The position numbers and the translations under genes are program-made. DNA of 63,898 nucleotides, counting the filler, from Collodictyon triciliatum (Eukaryota), in the NCBI GenBank assembly GCA_043381765.1. It is 5 parts of 5 records of this genome, joined end to end, with 100 filler letters (N's around TTAATTAATTAA, not from the genome) between each part and the next. Parts side by side here need not be neighbours in the genome. Positions count along the whole stretch, not along the records: positions 1 to 16,550 come from JBHJMP010001539.1; positions 16,651 to 33,190 come from JBHJMP010001540.1; 3 more parts are not named here. One strand, written 5' to 3'. The notes under the pieces are model-generated. The model was not told the DNA's origin. It saw only the letters and a list, made by a program, of their open reading frames with translations, and made no database searches. Numbering within the stretch: the first letter of the stretch is position 1; every line of letters starts with the position of its first letter. This document shows positions 1 through 19,559 of this stretch, one piece after another.

Positions 1-7888
<7,888 letters not shown>

Positions 7889-9077
7889 ATTTACATTAAG
7901 AGAAGAAAACCATTTCCTTTGGTGTTCGATAAATCCGCTGTTTTCTGGCTCATTCGCCTTGTTTTCTGGTTTTATTTCACGCAAGTTAGTATCCACTCAA
8001 CCGGTGCACGAAAGTGTGTCCACTGCACAACGCACATGATCGCATAGCTGGAAAGTATGGCGAAGCAAGTAAAAGGCAAAGACAGAATGAGAATTCCAGC
8101 CAAGCTATCAAGCTGAGAGGCTGAACTGAATTCAAGTCTATCACCGTGTTCATTTCTCTTCGTTGAGGAAAAGTAAAAGAAAAACGAAAACGAAAAGAGA
8201 TGAATAGAAAAAAGGAAAAGATAAACGAGAACGAAAAGAAAGAAGAGATGAAAAGAAAAATGAAAAAAGAAAAAAAGAAAAAAGAAAAAAGAAAAGAAGA
8301 GAAGAGAAATGAAGAAAAACAAAAGTCTTAAATTGTTCATTACCATGAGATGACTTTGCTTCCATGACCCAATCCTTTCCTGAAATAAGGCGGGTGAGCA
8401 AATGATGCAGGAAGATGGTGTTTGCCTTGGTGAGGTGATTTGCTTTGTTATTTCAATCCTTCAACGAAGAGTATGATGTAAGCTGTGGTATCCTGTGATT
8501 CATGACGGAGCACGCAGCACCAGTTTTCTTTTCATCCCCATTCCTTTGTGTCTTTGCCATTCTGCATCAGCTTAGTCATCTTGGGAGAATATCGGATGTT
8601 TTCTTGCGCTTTCTCTTGGCTTTCGTATCAATCGCGATTCGCTTCAAAGATCGCAGGTATTTCAATTGAAGTCATGTGCTGCATTTGACTATTTGAATTT
8701 TTGAATTTTTGAAACCGGCTCTTTACTGTACAATTCTGGAAATAAAATCTGGAAAATATAGGAAAACGAATTTCTTGTCCTTTACATCCTCGCAACCACG
8801 GCACACACTTTCCGCAACCCTGATGTCCCTTCAAACCCGCATCGTCCTCGCGTCGCCCAACCATGTCCTTTTGCGAATCTTCTTTGTTTGAGAGACGGCA
8901 AATATCTATCCAAAGCAGAGAAAACATCTCACAATGGACAAGCTTAACTCTGGCCCGGGCGAGGGAAGGCTGGGGGATGAAGAAGAATAGCTAAAAAGAT
9001 AAGAAAAATAAGGAAAGAAATAGTAAAAGTGACTTTCAAGCATAAAGAACAGTCAAGGAAGTGAAGAGAATACCGCC

Positions 9078-12000
9078 ATGAACTTGTATGAAGAGGATGA
9101 AGACGGTCTTGAGCTGAGACTGCAAGGAATCAGCTGGAGCAACGCCGCGCAACAAGTCATGTAAGTCGTAGCTCGTTTATTCCTCTTATTGTCCTACTTG
9201 CTCTTTGTATTTTTTCCGTGGCTCTTGAGGCGATCACTGCTTAATAGTGTTTCTTGTGTCTGCTTTTGGTTATTTGGAAAAAAAAAGATGTTTCTAATAG
9301 AGACACCGCTTCGCTTGGAACCATGAATATGTTTGGCAATTGCATACTTAATTATGCCCACTCATGCGCTGCAACTCGATAGTGACACGTCATTTGCTTC
9401 CATGGCCAAGTTTGACGAGTGTGTTCATTTGTTAAATCAGATGCTCCTCTCCTTGGATATCCCATCCATCAGTAATATCCCAAAAACTGAAGGGTCGATA
9501 CCAGCGCTAAATAGCATTCATGCTCTTCTGCAACTAAAGCACGTGAGTTTGCCTGCCATTATTTGTTATCGTGTTCTCATTATGATATTTGCCATCTTAA
9601 AGAGTAATTGGCCGGCGTAATCCCAGGGAGAAAAAGTTGACATGAATCTTTCAAAATGTATGCAATTTTGTTGTGTTTTCAGAGAGATTCGCGTATTCGC
9701 GAGGAGTTGATTGAGCGCCTAAGAAAAGCTGAGCTTGACAGAGAATCAGCTATTTTCACGCAGGTTTTCTTGAATATGTAATTTAAGAAATAATAATGAA
9801 ACGAAACTTGATTATTATTCTTAAAATTATAATCTAGAACGTAACCATCACTTTGTTAGAAAGAACAATAGCTTCTCTTTTATAACTAGAACATGTTGCA
9901 ATTTGGTTTGCAGGAACATCTCAAGCAGAAGATATCTCAAATGGAGCGGCAAATCTCTGATTTGATGATGAAGATTAAGTACAAGATTACACCAAGAAGA
10001 ATTTATTTATATCTCGTCTTCAATCATCATTGATACCCTCTATTTATGATGGCAACATACAATACTGCTTTCCAGGATTGTTGAAGACGCAAAAAAGACC
10101 GAAGTCGATCGACTTTCAGCCGAAAAAGAAAATGCACAGAAAGAGAATATCGCGTTGGTTTCCAGGGACACCCATTATCAGGTATATTGAAGTTACCCAT
10201 TCTAGTGCGTGCCAAGAATTTCTCCTTTTTTACTACGACTAAAATGATTCGTATAAATGCAGCACGAAATTAGACGAAAGGACAATGAAATCGAAAAAAT
10301 CAAAGACAGACTAGAATCATCCATTCGTGGCAGGTAGATAGCATCACTTGTATCACGAAAGTGGCAATTTTAAATGTACGAATGTTGTGCAATGTCTATG
10401 TAATTTGATTTCAAGTAATTTTTATTCCATTAACCACTTGATATCAATGCTTACTGAGCAGAAGCCAAGACTCGAGGTCTTCGATCAATATTTTACATGC
10501 AGCAGAAAGAGAGGCCCGGAGATTGGTGGGGTCAAGGGATGCCAAGCGAACGGTATTCATTAAATTATTTGGTTCGTGTCTCCTATGAGTCAATATTTAC
10601 AAATTTCCAACATTTTACATTTCAATAATTTTGTTTGCGAATAAAAGTGATTCCTGACTAAAAAAAAATTTTTTTAATAAAAACACTGATATAGGATGAT
10701 ATTACTCTGATGATTAGGAATAGTTATGAAGAAAAAATGAAAGAAGTATTGTAAATTACTATTATTTTAACAGTCTTGAGAAAAATGTGTTTGTTGTTTG
10801 CTTTTTGCTTACTTTTTTACTTGCCTTCCTCTTATTCACCGACTATATCACTTAGGCGATGGAAGAAAATGCTTCATTGAGGAAGATTGTTTTTGATTTA
10901 CAGCGGGAGATGAGGTTCCTTTTGTCAAGTGGAAATCAGGATGATCATAGTGATACTCAAGAGGTAATATTTGGCATGTTCTGTTGGAGCGGTTTTGCAT
11001 TAAAAATTAAGGCAATTTAAAAGTAGGGGAGGAGAAAACTAGGATATTTCTGGACTATTTGTTTTGTCTCATTTTCATTGTTTGTTAATAGAGGCAAGAG
11101 CTAGGTTCGTGGCGGTTGGATATGCCATTCCAACTTCTTCGTCAGGTGGTGGAGGATGAGCTGCGGGCCTCCCTGGGCGCATTCAGAAGCAAAACAGGTG
11201 CAACTATTTTCTCACTTAGAAGGATGTAAAGGTGTATTATTATTCTTATTATTCGTATTGTTATTCTTATTATTTTAATATGTTTCTTGTTTTTATTCTT
11301 GTTTTTATTCTTGTTTTTATTCTTGTTTTTATTCTTGTTTTTATTCTTGTTTTTATTCTTGTTTTTATTCTTGTTTTTATTCTTGTTTTTATTCTTGTTT
11401 TTATTCTTGTTTTTATTCTTGTTTTTATTCTTGTTTTTATTCTTGTTTTTATTCTTGTTTTTATNNNNNNNNNNNNNNNNNNNNNNNNNNNNNNNNNNNN
11501 NNNNNNNNNNNNNNNNNNNNNNNNNNNNNNNNNNNNNNNNNNNNNNNNNNNNNNNNNNNNNNNNNNNNNNNNNNNNNNNNNNNNNNNNNNNNNNNNNNNN
11601 NNNNNNNNNNNNNNNNNNNNNNNNNNNNNNNNNNNNNNNNNNNNNNNNNNNNNNNNNNNNNNNNNNNNNNNNNNNNNNNNNNNNNNNNNNNNNNNNNNNN
11701 NNTTATTATTATCATTATTATTATCATTATTATTATCATTATTATTATCATTATTATTATCATTATTATTATCATTATTATTATCATTATTATTATCATT
11801 ATTATTATTTGTTGCTCAGATGGTTAAGGGTGTTGAAACTAAAAGGATTAGAAATGCCTATTCCAGTAGAGGTCAAAGCATTTACATTCTTAGGACAAGA
11901 GCCCATTTTTTCTTCACCATTGAGGGGTAATCCACATGCACCAGATGTTGAAGTTCAGTCCATAATGAAAGAATTGGGTGCATATTTCATACATTCACCT

Positions 12001-13150
12001 GCGGTATAAATCTGCCGTGATATAGACACTTTAAGATGTTATCGCCACTATCCCATGTTGTATTGAAAGCTGTTTGGTCACGGTAGATACGTTTTGACTT
12101 TATATTGTTAGAAATTTGCCAGAGGAAAATAGCAGATCAGGAGCAAATAATATTCATGTATATGAACGCTCAAGAAACTGTGCACCATGGCACTAGGTTT
12201 GCATCATTCAAGCTTCCCTTCGGTAACGATAATTTGTGCTCATATTGAAGTCCACCTAGTGAAATGCATACTTTGCACTAGTAAAAGCTCACAATACATT
12301 TTAATTTTGGTTATTTTCTCACATAGCAACACTAGTTTTAAGAAGCATCATCATAGATTGTATTGATGAACAATTTTCATGTGACTTAGTTTGGATGACC
12401 AAAGCTTCTCAGAATCAGATGCCCTGAGGCAAGAAAAAATTGCTCTTCAACAAGAGCGTGAGCAGATTCAGAACCTGCTCCTCGCTATCGAAAGTAAACT
12501 CCAACAATCACCGGTATGTACGATTTTTGCTCGATTAGGAGAATAGTTTGCGTCTTTTATCTCCCTTTTATATATCTTTTAACTTTCAATTTTCTTGTGT
12601 GGTATTTGGATTTTTTTTATGTTCATATTCACGTACGAAACAAACTACTTAACTTTTATCAAAAGGCACCAAAAGCCTCCGAGATTCGCAGCATGATACA
12701 CGACAGTCCTCTGAGTATCAGGAGGTTCTACTCATTATATATTTGATCTGTAATTTCGACCTTCGTTTAAATGAAAACGACAAGGTTGCTGATTAAATTT
12801 TATTCGCTCGATAAATCATCCAAACAAATGCAAATAGCCAGCTAGATTTTGGTCAATTCGGAACACCAACTCGCAATCGGCATTCAACTGTACCTTTACC
12901 AATGGAATCTGTAATATCTATTTTTGAAAATATACTACATATGGTTATCTTTTATTCCGCCGCCACAACAGTTTCATTTCATGAGGCTTTATTGGATTTG
13001 ATTAATCCTCTAATTTGTGACCAGCCCATTCAAAACTACGGACGAATGACAAGCTCAGTGGTTTCTCCGTCCGCAGATAGATTCCGCCCACTTCCCAAGC
13101 GGCTAGGGCCAGGTCATTTCACCCTTTATACAAATCCAACATATGGTTGA
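9078..13150 (+). CDS. SSX2IP: SSX2IP/Msd1/ADIP-family (afadin- and alpha-actinin-binding) coiled-coil microtubule-anchoring protein, about 14 exons
   Basis: Exons joined at GT-AG: ...ALNSIHALLQLKH|RDSRIREELIERLRKAELD...SRDTHYQ|HEIRRKDNEIEKIKDRL...IRNSYEEKMKE|AMEENASLRKIVFDLQREM...LDMPFQLLRQVVE...KIADQEQII. This matches the ADIP-domain pattern as I recall it. Ends ...TNPTYG-TGA at 13150. Confidence 0.75.
11281..11807. repeat. Intronic 12-bp minisatellites (TTATTCTTGTTT)n and (TTATTATTATCA)n flanking an assembly N-gap
   Basis: Visible directly; the gap spans 11465-11702. Confidence 0.9.
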
Positions 13151-13749
13151 ATAAATCACACATGTCTCCATTTTCTTGCTGTAGTTATCAATTTTTGCCT
13201 CTCTTCATTTTTTGCATATTCGCCGCAGGAAAATTATAATATTAAAATAAAGTAAAAGAAAAAAGGCATGTATTATTGCAATTTTCATTTTCTCACCACC
13301 AGACACGTAACTTTTGAGAAAAATATTAGATGCTAGTCTACCCGGCATGCACAGGAGAGTCTCCCCTAGCACCTCTCCAAATGGTTCATAAAATTTGCTC
13401 TTTAAATATTTTCATCGTTATTACTATTATTAAATTTTGCAACACCGCATCGTTCACTCAGAATGTACGAGAACTTGACTGAGAAATGTTCGAGTTGTAT
13501 TATTGAGTATGTGCTCCATGAATTTATATAATGTTCCAGTTTCATCACCTCATACTTTCGACTTTACTCGACTCTGGATGTCTTTTGTGTGTAGTTGCCA
13601 ACAGAGTACAGCATTGCACTTTTTCGGTATGGCGACCTATTTCTTTTCTTTTTTTTTTTTTTTCGCTACGCCCGCTTTTTGGATGCGCTCATTCAGCGTA
13701 TTTACGCTAAATTTGAACCCCACAATCGAAAATATGTCAAACGCATGAA

Positions 13750-14520
13750 ATATGGGAAATTGTTTCGCATCATTAAAATAAATGGAAAATGGAAGTTTGT
13801 ATTCCCAGTAGCAGAGAAACAGCTTGCGGCTACCAGTAAATCATCCTCCAGCAGAGCCATATACTTTTCATTGTAGATAGAAAGGGCTTTCAGTGAGTCG
13901 CTTGCCAAATAGGTTCACTCCCATTTGTGTACGAATCACTTCAAGCATGGCTGCTGACATCCAGTGTATGTTTATTGAGCTGAACCAGAGGCAAGAGCAG
14001 CGATCTGGTGTCACACCAACTGTTGGTCGGCACACCGCAAGAATTGGTATTAATCTATTTCATGCTAAATCTGCTAATCTGCTCGAGCCATCTTCTAGTC
14101 TAAGTATCCGAGCAGAAACATCCCAGAGCCTGGGTGTGTGGTGTCCTGAGAAAACCGACAGATAAGGGTCTTGGACACCCTATTTCTCAATGACTGGTGC
14201 AATAACATTTGAGCACGTCAAACTTGACCCTGTTTTGCATGCGCCCCTGGTCACAACTGACTCAGTACAGAGACCTAATTGTGCCTGATAAGACCCTTTT
14301 ATGCGTCCTATGAATGCTCCAGCGATGAATCAGTCGGTTATCTAAGCATTCAAAGTAGTTACAGCCCTTGTAATATGTGCATTCTCTTCTGGCACCGCAT
14401 CTTGTGTGCTGGCATTTGTTATATTCGGTTGCACCAGGCTCTTTGAGACCAGCTTCCAATATGCCCAGCTTTATTATATGGCATCAAAGTTATTCTTGAC
14501 TGTTCTAGTTTATTTCTGCT
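13750..14520 (-). pseudogene. Possible heavily decayed hAT (DUF659-type) transposase remnant
   Basis: One minus frame with scattered stops reads ...VKNNFDAI**SWAYW...ESVVTRGACKTGSSLTCSNVIAPVIEK*GVQ...SINIHWMSAAMLEVIR. It loosely resembles the hAT 'S.DT....KTG..L...I..VIE..G' segment. No spliced gene structure was found here. Confidence 0.25.
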
Positions 14521-16424
14521 GCTACGCTATTATCATTCAAAGTTTTGGCGATGAAATCCACCTTTATATAGTTTGGAAAATAATGTTTCCTCTTCTTAGC
14601 ATTCAAGTCTTGGCCTTTTCGATTAGATTTCTTTTACCAAATTCCATCCCTATCGTATGTGTAATATGGATGTTTTATCTTTTGCTTTGATCTTATACTT
14701 CGTAATATGAAAGGAGGTGAAAACCAAGTCTCGAATCTTGGCTTAGAAAGTTGGGTCATAGATTCAATATACTTTCAAAGGATGGCACGCACGCCACTAT
14801 TATGAAGGGGGCCGTTGTAGGGATGTTGATGTATTACTTGACATCTTATTACATTATCCCTAAGTTCATGAACACACATATGGGTAAGAATATGTAGAAG
14901 GATTTTTATACAGCTAGTAATATTCGATGCCGCAGATTTATTTCAAAACAGTGATTGCGTTTAAATCAATCGAATTAATGAAATATCGGATTTCAGTAGG
15001 AAACTTCCTTGATTTATGTTTTCCAGAACTAAGATTTCTGGTGATAAATTCGCCCACATCTCATGAAGCTATAGTTATACTCTTTTGAAAATGCTTTTTG
15101 GAGATTATAATACGCTCTTCTTTGATTATACACTCCGTCCTATTATCTAAACTTTGGAAAAAATTAAACACATATTTCTCTTCCGTTTGTTCCAGAAACA
15201 ATTAAATAGAATGCTTCAACAATTACACTCCGAGCTATCGAACAAACTTGAGTGATGAACCCTGTATCTTGTCTTCTTGAAGAGTTATATCGCTTAAGTT
15301 TCCAAAAGGCCTGGCTCAGCACGAGGAAAATACTGAGAACCAGGAAACCGGAAAACTTCGTGACTGGTGGGAATCTGTAAACAAAAGAGGTGACAAATCG
15401 AAACACATCAAAACTCACCACGTGTGCAGGTCTCATTTTGGGTCTTGCCTCTACACCAATCATAGGTGGTATGCAAGGCTGTGGCCAATTCAAACCGATG
15501 GTGATGGTAAAGTTTAAAAACATATGGAATTGGGTTATCAGTAAGTGTGTGATTGTAGGTGGCCGCCGTGCGGTTGGAAATACGTGGATTTTTATATTTT
15601 CCAGAAGAAAAATGAACACCATCGCTACATAATTGGCGCATGGTATGCAATTGCAGCTATGGCCGATGCGCTAATTCCAATTAATATCCCAGTGTACTCT
15701 TTGCGTTATTCCATGCATCCTACGTGCTGCATCACATCCGATTATCATCATTTGGTGGTGCTGCACACCAAATAATATAATTTCCACAACAATGTAAATC
15801 ATCTGATGCAATCAAGTTCCAAATCCGCACCGCGGCGATTTTGTGATTTCCGTTATGAAAAACACAGCTGACAATCCATAATGGAAAAGTCGACAATCGA
15901 ATAAAACAAACCACAACGCACAACCCAAAAGCACTCATTTTTCCACGAACGAAGTACCCCGAATCAATTTCGATCCATAATGGAAATTTTGTTGACGCAG
16001 TTCAAAAAGCTGGGCAGAGATGAATCAGTTCGGAGCAGGAAGAACGAAGCAGTGTGCGAGTTGGAGTGATTAAATGGAACAAAAGGGGATGAGAAGGTTG
16101 CAGCCAAGGCCGACGCTGCCGTTCAGTAGTTCGTGCCCCACAACAACTTTGAAGACTTTGAAGTGATAATATGAGCACGATGGTGTGCCGCATATGCTGG
16201 AAGGCAGAACAACTGGGCAATTTTTCGGCCTCTGTTTAAACATCATAGGCTTTTGTTAAAGAAGCGTCGCGCAAAGGGAAAAGCCAGTTATAGAAAAAAA
16301 AAGGGTCAGAAGGAAAAACCTCCTGTGAGTCAGTCGAGGCATGGAATTCTGCGTGAGCCAGTTTGCCAATTATTTGGGGATCCGGACACTGACTGATTCT
16401 AGTTTGCCTCCATACATGAGGCAA

Positions 16425-16550
16425 ACAACAAAAAAACAAAAACAAAAAACAAAAACAAAAACCAAAAAACCAAAAAACCAAAAAACCAAAAAACCAAAAA
16501 ACCAAAAAACCAAAAAACCAAAAAACCAAAAAACCAAAAAACCAAAAAAC
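16425..16550. repeat. (AAAAAACCA)n and A-rich repeat at scaffold end
   Basis: Visible directly in the sequence. Confidence 0.9.
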
Positions 16551-16650
16551 NNNNNNNNNNNNNNNNNNNNNNNNNNNNNNNNNNNNNNNNNNNNTTAATT
16601 AATTAANNNNNNNNNNNNNNNNNNNNNNNNNNNNNNNNNNNNNNNNNNNN
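16551..16650. other. Artificial scaffold-joining linker N44-TTAATTAATTAA-N44
   Basis: An identical 100-nt spacer with stops in all six frames recurs four times; genes are truncated at these joins. Confidence 0.97.
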
Positions 16651-16762
16651 ACATACATACATACATACATACATACATACATACATACATACATACATAC
16701 ATACATACATACATACATACATACATACATACATACATACATACATACATACATACATACAT
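16651..16762. repeat. (ACAT)n microsatellite at scaffold start, within an intron
   Basis: Lies just after a minus-strand GTAAGT donor at 16778. Confidence 0.95.
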
Positions 16763-16778
16763 GTGAATCCACACTTAC

Positions 16779-17321
16779 CGATGACATGTTCTCCATCGAC
16801 GCATCTCTCAATCTGTCCACAAATACATGCGACTCGTTACTGAGTCTCGATAAGTCGCGGCTTTCAAGCACAGACCCAAGAGCTGCAGATCGCGCCTTGA
16901 CGGAATGCTGGCCGACAGAGACAGGGTCATTCCCAGCGATCCGCCAAGTCGAAGAAGCCGCGACTGCCTTTGACAAGTCTGCAGAGAATCCGTCCTGACC
17001 GGCAGTTGCAACACAGACGTTTCCTGAAAAAAGCTCTGAAATATCTCCCTCCTCTCCTTCATCGTTCTCGTCCTCATTCTCGTTCTCGTTCTCGTTCTCG
17101 CAATCATATCCGCGGTCACTGGAGCCATTCGGCTGCGACTCTGCAGCACTTTTAGTTGGCTCCGAGTTGAGCAGCGAGTTTTTGATTTCATCCTCGCAGT
17201 CTGTCCTGCTTTCGTACGTGCTTCCGCCTGCGCTGCTGGACGTGCGTTGCGGCGGGAGTTGTGATTGCTGATGCGGGGCTGCGAGGGGATTCGGCCCGCG
17301 TGGGTTGAGCGACGGGAACAT
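16779..17321 (-). CDS. First exon of an unknown protein (low-complexity, acidic N-terminus); the rest is lost at the scaffold break
   Basis: GC-rich ORF MFPSLNPRGPNPLAAPHQQ...ENEDENDEGEEGD...MENMSS ending at a perfect GTAAGT donor. Confidence 0.6.
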
Positions 17322-17896
17322 GGCTGCTTTTGCGGCCGGCTTCGTTTCTTCCTTTGCTCGCTCGCTGCCTTTGTCGTTGCGCTTGCTTGTCTTTGCGTTC
17401 AGATTATTCTCGGACAGACAGCACAAAGTCCATAGATGAAGATTCCAGTATCGACTTTGTTTGCAAGTATTATCATTCTACACTTGCATGACATTTCGAA
17501 TGGCATATTTGTTCATATAATGAAGCAATTTGTGGAATAAGAGGGATGGGTTGAGGTGTGATTATATTTTCCAGGGATGATAATCTTCTTTGAATCGTCG
17601 GGCTTGTGCGAAACTTCGGAGTCGGCGTAAGCGTGTGCTGATGATGTGGTAGCGGAAGACAGATTCATCACAACGGAGGGCACTTTATAATGGATACAGC
17701 GTGTGCTACTTCGAAGCTCAGTTCACTGACCTGGTTATGTCTTTATTGTGACACAAAGACACAACATTCAGCTTTCCTAACGCCATATGACGCCCTTTGT
17801 TTTGAACCACTTTGTACATGTTTTTTCCCCCTCGTTTAAACCATATCATTTTGAAAACAACAGTGCGGATTGCAAGAATAGCGAATACTCTGCATA

Positions 17897-19120
17897 ATGG
17901 AAGAGACAGACGAGAATTTCGGGCGGTGTCCTCTCTCACCAAAGTATTTCTGCTCGTATATTTTTGATTGGTTGTTTCTCGTGGTGTGTGCCGTCGCAAA
18001 TGTCGCCTTGGATATGATTCCGCCAGCCAGAAGCGACTTTGTTCTAAATGATGACACCATAGCAGTGAGTGTTCCTGAGATGGCCTATATTTAACTGAAT
18101 GCATGCAGATCTTTTGTCTTGTAATCAACACCTGAAAGACTGGGACTCTGGAGGTCTTCCGAAAGCATAATTACTAATGACCTCTGTAACAGTATGACGA
18201 ACGGGAGGAGCAAGTTTCCAGCGCCACTCTCGCCATTATATGCCTTGCCGCCCCGTCACTCATATTCATTTTTTCGAGCATTTACACTTTTTCTCTCCAC
18301 CGCATCAGCCTACTGCATCATATTCACCATTCCATATTGGCTCTCCTGACTTCACTCCTGGTATCAGGAATTATCACCCAATCACTCAAGGTAATCAATC
18401 CCAGCCGCAGCGAACCATATAATCCCTCATCCTGCGAACTGTTCAGTATCCTATCACTCCTATTTCTTTAACTCCTGTGCACAGAATCCGTAGCTTTTTT
18501 GTCAATAAGCTAAACATGTAAAATCTAAAAGAACAGCGCGGTATCTTACAGTCCTTTGATTGAATGAATAGTTGATGTTTGGGCGATTAAGACCGGACTT
18601 CCTCGCCATCTGTTTTCCTACAGTTAGCAGACAATGCCAAGCACCTGATTCGAGTATTGACAAAGCCCGAAAATCGTTCCCATCGGGTCATTCAACCGCT
18701 GCCTTTTGTGCTGCAATTATCATCATCCTCTTTGTAGACGGCCAAATGTCGATATGGAATCGCTGCACCCGAAAAACTTTGGTCAAAATTGGCTCCTCTC
18801 GAACCTGGAAACTCTGTTTCATGCTTATCCCCATCATCGGCGCCTCTTGGGTCTCAGCAACCCGCTTGGTGGATAACAAACATCATGCCGGAGACGTCTT
18901 CGCTGGAATGATAATTGGCCTTTTTGTTGGTTCCTGGACTTACCATGCTTACTTTTACATATTTCCCAGCCACTTGAAGGGGTATACCAGAGACCGATTC
19001 CACAACAAAAACCGACAACCAGTGTTTGTTTCTGAATTAAGATGTGGTATTGAGGGGCCATATACCCCTCATCGATACCCACCTAGCTTAGTGCCAGACT
19101 CACAAAGAACACATAATTAA
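17897..19120 (+). CDS. PAP2-superfamily lipid phosphate phosphatase (DPP1/PLPP-like), 3 exons
   Basis: Catalytic motifs K-x6-RP (QSLK|LMFGRLRPDF), SFPSGH and TRLVDNKHHAGDV, with multiple TM segments. Exons at about 17897-18064, 18193-18390 and 18572-19120. Confidence 0.9.
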
Positions 19121-19559
19121 GTTCTGCATGACTGGATGCATGTATAAACATACTTATGTTACAATCTGGAGGTAGACTTTTGTATGCTTGACGCTTATCT
19201 TTAATGGGCTCTGTCAGGTACAAAAAAACAAACATTTTATATGTAAAAATGATAAAGAAAATTGAGAAATTTGATAAGGAATTGATGGGATTAAAAAGTT
19301 TGTTTGCGTCAAAGAGGGGAAAAAAGTGAGAGAATGAGAGAAACAATCGTCCATGAGAAAAGAAAAGGCTTTGATAACAAGAGCAACGTGCTTTCTGGCA
19401 TGTACAGCTAAGGTAGATATGCATCCAGGTCCCCCGATATGTCAGAATCTGCATCGATGATGTAAAGAAGCTTGGTTTTTGCGACATAAAATAAAAATCA
19501 ATTTCATACACTTCTATTCATACACATAAGTTTTTCACGTGCGCACTGACCTTCGTCAC

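Noticed and set aside
13893..14900. Stop-codon reassignment suggested by long frames with scattered stops
   Set aside because: Traced conserved genes have no in-frame stops and end in TAA or TGA. The stops here are of mixed types, consistent with decay.
16551..16650. TTAATTAATTAA palindromes as biological sites, and gene neighbourhoods across them
   Set aside because: Identical N-padded assembly linkers; adjacency across them has no meaning.
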